Assembly (NCBI GenBank): GCA_002269645.1
Contig: NIVC01001526.1
Coordinates: forward strand, 186,001-250,000
Direction of reading: 5' to 3'
Length of the DNA stretch: 64,000 bases
Origin: Macrostomum lignano
Taxonomy: Eukaryota
A program made the translations under genes and the position numbers. How positions within the stretch are numbered: the first letter of the stretch is position 1; each line of letters starts with the position of its first letter. This document shows, piece after piece, positions 1 through 12,000 of this stretch. The notes beneath the pieces were generated by a model, which saw only the letters and a list, made by a program, of their open reading frames with translations, did not search any database and was not told where the DNA came from.

Positions 1-3000
1 TTTCTTCCGAAATTCAGCGAGAAGCAACTGCAAGAGCTGCGCATCATCACAGACTGGCTGGATAGCCAGGGCAAGACTGCTGAGTACAGTCAGGTCTATG
101 TTGAAGTTCGGTCTCTGTCGCTATGCTCATCGCTGAAAAAGTAAGAGATACGTTCTGCATTGTTAAGATAGAAGCTAATCATGATGAGACTAGTGCTCAA
201 GATGGAAGCTAATCATGATGAGACTAGTGCTCAAGATGGAAGCTAATCATGATGAGACTAGTGCTCAAGATGGAAGCCAATCATAATGAGACTAGTGCTC
301 AAGATGGAAGCTAATCATGATGAGACTAGTGCTCAAGATGGAAGCTAATCATGATGAGACTAGTGCTCAAGATGGAAGCTAATCATGATGAGACTAGTGC
401 TCAAGATGGAAGCTAATCATGATGAGACTAGTGCTCAAGATGGAAGCTAATCATGATGAGACTAGTGCTCAAGATGGAAGCCAAGCATGATGAGACTAGT
501 GCTCAAGATGGAAGCCAATCATAATGAGACTAGTGCTCAAGATGGAAGCTAATCATGATGAGACTAGTGCTCAAGATGGAAGCTAATCATGATGAGACTA
601 GTGCTCAAGATGGAAGCTAATCATGATGAGACTAGTGCTCAAGATGGAAGCTAATCATGATGAGACTAGTGCTCAAGATGGAAGCTAATCATGATGAGAC
701 TAGTGCTCAAGATGGAAGCTAATCATGATGAGACTAGTGCTCAAGATGGAAGCTAATCATGATGAGACTAGTGCTCAAGATGGAGGCTAATCATGATGAG
801 ACTAGTGCTCAAGATGGAAGCCAAGCATGATGAGACTAGTGCTCAAGATGGAAGCCAAGCATGATGAGACTAGTGCTCAAGATGGAAGCCAATCATAATG
901 AGACTAGTGCTCAAGATGGAAGCCAAGCATGATGAGACTAGTGCTCAAGATGGAAGCTAATCATGATGAGACTAGTGCTCAAGATGGAAGCTAATCATGA
1001 TGAGACTAGTGCTCAAGATGGAAGCTAATCATGATGAGACTAGTGCTCAAGATGGAAGCTAATCATGATGAGACTAGTGCTCAAGATGGAAGCCAAGCAT
1101 GATGAGACTAGTGCTCAAGATGGAAGCCAATCATAATGAGACTAGTGCTCAAGATGGAAGCTAATCATGATGAGACTAGTGCTCAAGATGGAAGCTAATC
1201 ATGATGAGACTAGTGCTCAAGATGGAAGCTAATCATGATGAGACTAGTGCTCAAGATGGAAGCTAATCATGATGAGACTAGTGCTCAAGATGGAAGCTAA
1301 TCATGATGAGACTAGTGCTCAAGATGGAAGCTAATCATGATGAGACTAGTGCTCAAGATGGAAGCTAATCATGATGAGACTAGTGCTCAAGATGGAGGCT
1401 AATCATGATGAGACTAGTGCTCAAGATGGAAGCCAAGCATGATGAGACTAGTGCTCAAGATGGAAGCCAAGCATGATGAGACTAGTGCTCAAGATGGAAG
1501 CCAATCATAATGAGACTAGTGCTCAAGATGGAAGCCAAGCATGATGAGACTAGTGCTCAAGATGGAAGCTAATCATGATGAGACTAGTGCTCAAGATGGA
1601 AGCTAATCATGATGAGACTAGTGCTCAAGATGGAAGCTAATCATGATGAGACTAGTGCTCAAGATGGAAGCTAATCATGATGAGACTAGTGCTCAAGATG
1701 GAAGCTAATCATGATGAGACTAGTGCTCAAGATGGAAGCCAAGCATGATAAGACTAGTGCTCAAGATGGAAGCTAATCATGATGAGACTAGTGCTCAAGA
1801 TGGAAGCTAATCATGATGAGACTAGTGCTCAAGATGGAAGCCAAGCATGATAAGACTAGTGCTCAAGATGGAAGCTAATCATGATGAGACTAGTGCTCAA
1901 GATGGAAGCTAATCATGATGAGACTAGTGCTCAAGATGGAAGCTAATCATGATGAGACTAGTGCTCAAGATGGAGGCTAATCATGATGAGACTAGTGCTC
2001 AAGATGGAAGCCAAGCATGATGAGACTAGTGCTCAAGATGGAAGCCAAGCATGATGAGACTAGTGCTCAAGATGGAAGCCAATCATAATGAGACTAGTGC
2101 TCAAGATGGAAGCCAAGCATGATGAGACTAGTGCTCAAGATGGAAGCTAATCATGATGAGACTAGTGCTCAAGATGGAAGCTAATCATGATGAGACTAGT
2201 GCTCAAGATGGAAGCCAAGCATGATGAGACTAGTGCTCAAGATGGAAGCTAATCATGATGAGACTAGTGCTCAAGATGGAAGCTAATCATGATGAGACTA
2301 GTGCTCAAGATGGAAGCTAATCATGATGAGACTAGTGCTCAAGATGGAAGCTAATCATGATGAGACTAGTGCTCAAGATGGAAGCTAATCATGATGAGAC
2401 TAGTGCTCAAGATGGAAGCCAAGCATGATAAGACTAGTGCTCAAGATGGAAGCTAATCATGATGAGACTAGTGCTCAAGATGGAAGCTAATCATGATGAG
2501 ACTAGTGCTCAAGATGGAAGTTTATCATGATGAGACTAGTGCTCAAGATGGAAGCTAATCATGATGAGACTAGTGCTCAAGATGGAAGCCAAGCATGATG
2601 AGACCCCAAAGAGACAGAGTTCGGGCAGGAGTAATCAAATAATAGGTTTCAAAAACGAAATCTACTTTTGACTAATACGATTTTCCCATCCCATCAGATT
2701 ACGCGACTCCCTCACTGGCACTGTTAGCACAACTTTCGGCACTTCGCCTTTACTAGTAAGTTTCAAAATTGATTCAATTTGCTTTACTAACAATAATAGG
2801 TCAAGTGTACATGACTGACGATTAATCAATTTAAGGCTCGTCGAGGCGGTCCCAGAGACACCCCGTCTAAGGTAGCCACTCTGCAGCGCAAAATGTGAGC
2901 TCAATTTTGTTTTCTGCTATTCTGTGTTTTGTTCGACTAAAATTGACTGAATATTAGTTTTTTTCAATAAAATGATAAACTGTTCTTCTCTTTGCAATTG

Positions 3001-6000
3001 CCCTACTTATAGTAGCACACAGGAGTTTGTTAAATCAATTCAGCCTCGATCGAATTCGATTATATTTCTTGAACGACGGTAAACTTTATTAGCAGACAAG
3101 TGAAAATAAAGTAGTAAAAAATGAGTAGAATATACGACAGTACTGTACTATAAGTAGTATGTATAAGTACTATCATTTTTAATTGCATTTCTTTGAATAT
3201 CTGTGTTATTATATAAAGTGCTGATTTTCTTCGTGCTAAAATCCTGCAACGTGCGATTTAGTAAAATAATATAACGATTTAAAAGTATTCGTAGTACTTT
3301 TCTTGCCAGATTATTTTATAAAGCTGCTGATCATGATTTTGGTAGTTAGTTTTTTTTACAGTTTTGGCGCCAATTTGAAAAGTTATTAGATTGCTCTAAT
3401 TTATGCTGTAAGAGCGTAAGCCACTCTATCATCATTCCAAGCCACTCTATCCCGACTCCAAGCCACTCTATCCCGAGTCCAAGCCACTTCAGTTCCCCTC
3501 CTGGCCCCACCCTAACCCCAGCACCTTATTTCAAGCCGCTCTACCCCTCGATAATCTCAGCACCCTATTCTAAGCCACTCTACCCCTCGATAATCTCAGC
3601 ACCCTATTCTAAGCCACTCTACCCCTCGATAATCTCAGCACCCTATTCTAAGCCGCTCTACCCCTCGATAATCTCAGCACCCTATTCTAAGCCGCTCTAC
3701 CCCTCGATAATCTCAGCACCCTATTCTAAGCCACTCTACCCCTCGATAATCTCAGCACCCTATTCTAAGCCGCTCTACCCCTCGATAATCTCAGCACCCT
3801 ATTCTAAGCCACTCTACCCTCGATAATCTCAGCACCCTATTCTAAGCCACTCTACCCCTCGATAATCTCAGCACCCTATTCTAAGCCGCTCTACCCCTCG
3901 ATAATCTCAGCACCCTATTCTAAGCCACTCTACCCCTCGATAATCTCAGCACCCTATTCTAAGCCGCTCTACCCGTCGCGCTCAGGAAATCGAGGCCAAC
4001 AGCTCTTACCCAACAGCCGGCTCTATTTGACTCCGTAGACCAATCGGATTTAGACGCAGACGATGTCAACGCCATGTTAACCGCGTTTCTCCGTATGGCA
4101 ATGGTGCGTTTGTCCGAGAAATATCTTTTTCAAACATTAATTTTAATTTTCTGTATGTAAACTTTTATCCGCTACTCATTATTTTGCAACCGAAATATTC
4201 TCACAGCTCGAATCGCTAACACTGCCATTGTTTGGCTTTAAATTTGATCGGCCTCAACAGTTAGTTGATCAAATAGTTGCTAAGGCCAAGGAGAATATGT
4301 TTGAGGATGTTCACGTAAGTGCTTCGGTTCTGGGATAAATTGCTTCTTTGTTTTGTCCGTACTTTACAGCAACTTTCTTCAGGGCCTGCGCAGCCCCGTC
4401 ATTTGATTCTTCAGGGCCTGCGCAGCCCCGTCCTCTGATTCTTCAGGGCCTGCGCATCCCTGTCATTTGATTCTTCAGGGCCTGCGCAGCCCTGTCATTT
4501 GATTCTTCAGGGCCTGCGCAGCCCCCGTCCTCTGATTCTTCAGGGCCTGCGCAGCCCCGTCCTCTGATTCTGATTCTTCAGGGCCTGCGCAGCCCCGTCC
4601 TCTGATTCTTCAGGGCCTGCGCAGCCCCGTCCTCTGATTCTTCAGGGCCTGCGCAGCCCCCGTCATCTGATTTTTCAGAGCCTGCGCAGCCCCGTCCTCT
4701 GCTTCTTCTGAGCCTGCGCAGCCCCGTCATTTGATTCTTTAGAGCCTGTGCAGCCCTGTCCTCTGCTTCTGGCAGTCAATTGTCGGTGGTATCAAATGTC
4801 AGTGGCAGTCAAATGTCACTGGCAGTCAAATGTCACCGACAGTCAAATGTCAGTGGCAGTCAAATGTCACTGGCAGTCAAATGTCACTGGCAGTCAAATG
4901 TCACTGGCAGTCAATTGTCACTGGCAGTCGAATGTCACTGGTATCAATTGTCACTGGCAGTCAAATGTCACCGACAGTCAAATGTCACTGACAGTCAATT
5001 GTCACTGGCAGTCGAATGTCACTGGTATCAAATGTCACTGGCAGTCGAATGTCACCGACAGTCAAATGTCACTGGCAGTCAATTGTCACTGGCAGTCAAT
5101 TGTCACTGGCAGTCAATTGTCACTGACAGTCAAACGTCACTGGCAGTCAATTGTCACTGACAGTCAAATGTCACTGGTATCAATTGTCACTCACAGTCAC
5201 ATTGGGACAGTCAGTTGCCATAGAAACATTTAAAATTCGCTCGGTTCGCAATTTCGGACTACAATTCTATAGCAACAGCTCCAACAGAATGCACACCCCT
5301 CCTCTCTTATCGGCAGTCCTTCGAAGCCAGCGTACGCCGCGATTTCAAGCAAGACCCCGAATCGCTGCTCCGTCTTGTTGCCGTACTGGACCGTTTGCGT
5401 CATCTCCGACCAGACCTGTCCGCTGCTAGCTGTCCGCCAGCCTTCAAAGCCGGCCTAGAAGACCTGGCTAAGGACATGCAAACTCAAGCTCGTAGTAGTC
5501 TAGAAGATTTCCGCGACGAGATTGTGAAAGATGGCGGCGGCGCAGGTGGCGGCAGTGGAAGCGGCGGCGGTGGCGGAAGCGCCGGTCCCGGTGGCGGCAT
5601 TGTCGGTGGCGGCAGCGGCGGCGCCAGCGATCTAGGCGTTCTAGCTGAAGTCGCGGGCGGACGGTCCCTGCCGCCAGACGGCACGGTGCACGAGCTGACG
5701 CTGAAGGTGCTGAAGTTTCTGCAACAGTTGCACGATTTCGGCGATACGGCTCACGAGATCTTGGCTAGAGAAGTTATCTTAGGCCGGCAGCAGCAGCAGC
5801 ATGGCAGCCGGCAGCAGCAGCAGCAGCAGCAACAGAAGGAGAAAGACAAGGTGCTTGGCGCCTATCTCAGCCAGACATTGGCTAATCTGTTGCGGACTCT
5901 GGACAGCCGGGCTGAGCACTACTCAGATCCGGCTCTGCGGGCCATTTTCCTGCTGAATAATTATCGATACGTTCAGAACCGACTGGAGAGGTGAGCTCGT

Positions 6001-9000
6001 GACATTTTTTTGGTTTTCATTGGTCTTATTAAACCCAAATTTGTGGCTTAATAATATTGATTACAAGCTGTTGAAACCCGCGGATTTTGAACCCGGGGAA
6101 CTCCAATCCCTAGAACTATTTTTGCATGTATTCTAAAATCTGAAGTCATACTTAAACAAAAACTTTTTAATAGTTAGGAATTTAGGATAGAGTTAAACAT
6201 AAAATAGAGTACATTTGTGTAAAATTAGTATTTGAAGCAAACATTAATATTGTTGGTTGGGGTGCTGCGCAGAATGTCCGGCAAAATCACGGCCTCTGCC
6301 TCTCCTTGTGTCCCAAGGAAGTTGGATCCTTAGAAACTTCTATCTCTACCTTCTCTTCTGTTTTCTCTCTTCTCTCAGGTCTGTGGTCTCTTCTCTCTCT
6401 CCTCTATCCCCTCTTCTCTCGTCTATTCCCTCTTACTCTTTTCTCTCCTCTCCTCTCCTCTCTCGTCTCTGCTCTCTTATCTCTCCCTTTCTCCTGTTTT
6501 ATCTCTTCCCATTTCTTTCTCCTCTCTACTCTATCTTCTCTCTGCTCTCTACTCTCTCTTCTCTTTGCTCTCTACTCTATCTTCTCTCTGCTCTCTACTC
6601 TCTCTTCTCTTTGCTCTCTACTCTATCTTCTCTCTGCTCTCTACTCTCTCTTCTCTTTGCTCTCTACTCTATCTTCTCTCTGCTCTCTACTCTCTCTTCT
6701 CTTTGCTCTCTACTCTATCTTCTCTCTGCTCTCTACTCTATCTTCTCTTTGCTCTCTACTCTATCTTCTCTCTGCTCTCTACTCTCTCTTCTCTTTGCTC
6801 TCTACTCTATCTTCTCTTTGCTCTCTACTCTATCTTCCCTCTGCTCTCTACTCTATCTTCTCTCTGCTCTCTACTCTATCTTCCCTCTGCTCTCTACTCT
6901 ATCTTCTCTCTGCTCTCTACTCTCTTCTCTCTGCTCTCTACTCTCTCTTCCCTCTCCCCTCTTCTCACTCCTTACTCTACCCTCTCCGAACACTTCTCCT
7001 CTCTCCTTTCTCCTCTCCTCCCTCCTCTGTACTTTGTACTCTCTCGTCTTTCTCCTCTCCTCTCTTCTCTCTCCTCTCTTCTATCGTCTCTTCCCTCACC
7101 TCTCCTCTCTCGTCTTTGCTCTCTTATCTATCTCTCCTTTCTCTTCTTTTATCTTTTCTCTCTCATCTCTTCTCATTTCTCTCTGCATGCTCTCTACCTC
7201 TATCTCCCCCTCTCTCTCCTCTCCCCTCTCTCATCTCTCTCTCATCCTTTCCCCTCTTTCCCCTGTCCTCTCGATTCTCTCCCCTCCCCTCCTCTCTCCT
7301 CACTCACTTCTCTCTCTCCCTTTGTCTCACCTTTCATCTCTCATCTCTTATTTCTTATCTATCCTCTTTTCTCTCTACTCCCCCATCTCTCGTGTGTTCA
7401 CTCACGTCTTTGCTCTCTCAGTCTCATCTTCCCTCTCTCATCTGTCATCTTTACTCTCGTATACTCGTATGTTCTCACCTCTCTCCTCTGTACTCTTCTC
7501 TTTCCCCTCATCTGACTCCTCTCTCCGCTCTCCTCTCTCCTCTCAGATATCGTGTTCACTCTCATCCCCTCTCTTTTCTGTCATCTGTACTCTCCAATCT
7601 TCAGTGTACTCTTCTCTTTACCCTCTTCTGATTCCTCTCTTTCCTTACTCCTCTTCTCTTCTCTCTTCTATACTCTCTCACCTCTATTCTCTTCTCTCGC
7701 CTTTCTGCACTCTGCTCTCTCCTCCTTCATCTCTCATCTCTACTCTCTTCTCACTCTTTTCTACTCTCCTCTGTCATCGATCCTGTCTCATCTCTCCCAT
7801 CTTCTCTCTCCCTCTTCTCACTTCTACTCTTTCCTCTCCCTTCTCTCTCCCCTCCTCTCGCTTCTTACTCCAATATTATCTGCTCACTCTTTATCCTTAC
7901 CCCATCATCTCTCTTCTTGTCTTCTATCTTTTCTCTTATCCTCCTCTCGCTTCTCCTCTCTTCTTATAGTCTATTCCTTCTCCTTTTCACTCTCATCTCA
8001 TCAGCCATGAGCTTGATTCTTTATCTGGCATTTGAGGTTAAAGTCTGCCAATCCCCGGTTCGAAAGCGTTTGTGGGACGTAGTACTCTCATAGTTGTTAT
8101 GATTTAATCACATCATATTTCTGGCCAATTAGCAGCCCTGAGAGGAATTTGTGTATCTCCCTCCAGCCCAGCTCCACCACCACAGTCTGCAGCAGTCTAA
8201 CAACCAAGGAAATACGCATTTCTTAGGAGGCCATTTAAATTTTAAAGTACCTTATGCGAATCTTAATGTCAAAATTTTCATGGTGTAACCAATTTAGTAG
8301 GATTGCATTGTAATAAGTTATTCATTAATTTTTCGCTATTTTTACAAACCATCCCACATCGCCTTGATTTGCCATCCACTGTTAAACTGCTGCAGACTTG
8401 TCTTATACAGACGACACTGGTTTGAATCTCTCACTAAACTGTCATGGCTAAACGTAGCCTCTCCACGCGCGGGGGTGCAGAGAAGGCTATTAAAAAGTTA
8501 TTCCAAAACACTGTACGTTGCCATGTACATTCAGCCCTATTGCCTGACCCTTCGTCTGGGCTGGGGGAATGAGTGAGTGAGTAGCACAAACAACAGAAAA
8601 AGCAGACAAACTTCACATGCTTTACGTGGAGCAAACTTATGGCAGCTGAAAGTTAGTCAATTTTGAAACCCCTTTTACACATCTGGGCCCAGATCGGGAA
8701 GAGAGGCAGGCGGGCGGAGGTTGGGGTGGTTGCTACGCTGAAAAAAGCAGCCTAACTTTAAAAGTGCACAGCGCCGTTCAGGATTTACTTTGAGACTTGA
8801 AATTTTACATGATTGTGCCAAAATAGTTTAAGATTGTCTGTGTCAAATTTGAAGAGAATCGGTAGAAGTAGAGCGGCGCTATGGAGGATTAAGTGAAAAA
8901 ATCGCGCATTTTGAGCAGTTTTTTGTACTTTTATGTAGAGGTAGGAAGACTTGAGTCTAGGAAATTTAAAGGTAGCCTAAGACATTCTCCGTAGTAAGTT

Positions 9001-12000
9001 TAGGGTGGGTGTAAAGTTTGGTGTCATTTGGTTGAGCGGTTTGGGAGTCCATAGCGAAGTAATTTGTCCACAGACAGACAGACAGAGTTTTGATTTTTAT
9101 AGGTAGAGATTATTGCGAGATGTCTTATAAGATGACATCGTTCCACACAACCAGTTCTAAGGCAACTCTTGAGCACATGCAAGCGCGCCAATATTGTACG
9201 CAGGCATGCACTCATACACACGCTCACACAGAGTGTACAGAGGCCCTTTGTTGACTTTCTACTCTTCAAGCATGTACACTCTCCGTGCTTTGGGGGTTGG
9301 CCCTCGGCTGTGAACTGCAAAACACAACTTCCTGGGTCAGCTTTCGTGAACACAAGCCCCAAAATTTTTATTTACTACTTAAAAAACACATTAAAATTCC
9401 TTAAAAGTCTACTTACTAAGTGAGTAGTATATAAAAATACCTCAAATTTAATGCAGGGACAAGATGACGGCCACCGTGCAAGCGTACAATTACGAGGCTA
9501 TCAAATTCTTTGAAGAGCATCAAAATAAAAATCGGCAGAGCTATTTAAACAGAGGGTGAGTTGAAAATTATCTAAAGTGGCTTTGATTACATGTCACGTG
9601 TTAATTGCTGCAATGATTTTTCAGTACTGTGTGCTACACCTTATTTTTGTACAGGTGCAACTATTTTGAATGCAATTTGATTTTTTAGTTGAAAAAAGTA
9701 AACTTGTCACTCAGTATCCGCCCAACCCAGTCACTCAGTATCCGCCCAACCCAGTCACTCAGTATCCACTCAACCCAGTCACTCAGTATCCACTCAACCC
9801 AGTCACTCAGTATCCACTCAACCCAGTCACTCAGTATCCACTCAACCCAGTCACTCAGTATCCACTCAATCCAGTCACTCAGTATCCACTCAACCCAGTC
9901 ACTCAGTATCCACTCAACCCAGTCACTCAGTATCCACTCAACCCAGTCACTCAGTATCCACTCAACCCAGTCACTCAGTATCCACTCAATCCAGTCACTC
10001 AGTATCCACTCAACCCAGTCACTCAGTATCCACTCAACCCAGTCACTCAGTATCCACTCAACCCAGTCACTCAATATCTACCCCACCCAGTCACTCAGTA
10101 TCTACCCCACCCAGTCACTCAGTATCTACCCCAGCCAGTCACTCAGTATCTACCCCAGCCAGTCACTCAGCATCTACCCCACCCAGTCTAGGCATCCACC
10201 CCACCCAGTCTAAGCATCCACCCTACCCAGTCTAAGCATCCACCCCACCCAGTCTAAGCATCTACCCCACCCAGTCTAAGCATCTACTCCACCCAGTCTA
10301 AGCATCTACCCCACCCAGTCTAGGCATCCACCCCACCCAGTCTAAGCATCCACCCTACCCAGTCTAAGCATCCACCCCACCCAGTCTAAGCATCTACCCC
10401 ACCCAGTCTAAGCATCTACTCCACCCAGTCTAAGCATCTACCCCACCCAGTCTAAGCATCTACCCCACCCAGTCTAAGCATCCACCCCACCCAGTCTAAG
10501 CATCTACTCCACCCAGTCTAAGCATCTACCCCACCCAGTCTAAGCATCCACCCCACCCAGTCTAAGCATCCACCCCACCCAGTCTAAGCATCCACCCACC
10601 CAGTCTAAGCATCCACCCCACCCAGTCTAAGCATCCACCCTACCCAGTCTAAGCATCCACCCCACCCAGTCTAAGCATCCACCCCACCCAGTCTAAGCAT
10701 CCACCCTACCCAGTCTAAGCATCCACCCCACCCAGTCTAAGCATCCACCCCACCCAGTCTAAGCATCTACCCCACCCAGTCTAAGCATCCACCCCACCCA
10801 GTCTAAGCATCTACTCCACCCAGTCTAAGCATCTACCCCACCCAGTCTAAGCATCCACCCCACCCAGTCTAAGCATCTACTCCACCCAGTCTAAGCATCT
10901 ACCCCACCCAGTCTAAGCATCCACCCCACCCAGTCTAAGCATCCACCCCACCCAGTCTAAGCATCCACCCCACCCAGTCTAAGCATCCACCCCACCCAGT
11001 CTAAGCATCGGGTCTCCAATACCGTGACATACCTGGCAGATTGCAGAAATGCGCAGCAGCCCTTGAGCTTGGCGGGGAGGTTGCGAGTATTGCAGCGGCG
11101 GCAGCGGCGTCCGCCGCCCAACCAACGGTCGGTAACAGTAGTAGCGGGCATAGTGACGGGCATTCTAGGCGCTTCGGCGTCGGCGCCAATTCAAAGCATG
11201 CCAGTGTTGTTGTCAAGGTTTGCCGCTGCCAGTCAATAAGCTGTTTATTTATTTATTTAGTATTAGCTCAGTAACTATATTAATATCGCTTTGGAAAGGC
11301 AGCGCATTTGTACTTTTATTTTGCTTGTGCATTTGGTTTGATTATTTGTTTTCTTTAATGTGTTGCTTTTTTAAAATAGTTTTTTCTGCTTTTTTATGAT
11401 GTGATTGCTTTTAATATTGACCGCCACTTTTACCGACGCATAATTTACACGAATCCCCGAGTACTTTAGTTAACCCGCCGCCCTCTTCCCGTGTTCTTTA
11501 TTGAATCCACCACCCTCTTCCCCCTGTACTTTAGTGAGTCCGCGCCCTCTTCCCCGTGTACTTTAATGAATCCACCACCTTCTTCCCCGTGTAATTTAGT
11601 GAGACCGTCACCCTCTTCCCCGTGTACTTTAGTGAGTCCGCGCCCTCTTCCCCGTGTACTTTAATGAACCCACCACCCTCTTCCTCGTGTTCTTTATTAA
11701 ATCCACCACCCTCTTCCACCTGTACTTTAGTGAGTCCACGCCCTCTTCCCCGTGTACTTTAATGAACCCACCACCCTCTTCCTCGTGTTCTTTATTAAAT
11801 CCACCACCCTCTTCCCCGTGTACTTTAGTGAGTCCGCGCCCTCTTCCCCGTGTACTTTAATGAACCCACCACCCTCTTCCTCGTGTTCTTTATTGAATCC
11901 ACCATCCTCTTCCACGTATACTTTGGTAAACCCGCGACCCTGTTCCCATGAACTTTAATGAACCCACCATCCTCTTCCACGTGTACTTTAGTGAACCCGC

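Noticed and set aside
165-2604. CRISPR-like array (34-bp repeats)
   Set aside because: Units are contiguous with no unique spacers, the array lies in a spliceosomal intron, and there are no cas genes. The same applies to all other arrays.
6257-7969. 570-aa and 441-aa Leu/Ser-rich ORFs
   Set aside because: A CT-only tract cannot easily encode stop codons; it is intronic in Exo70.
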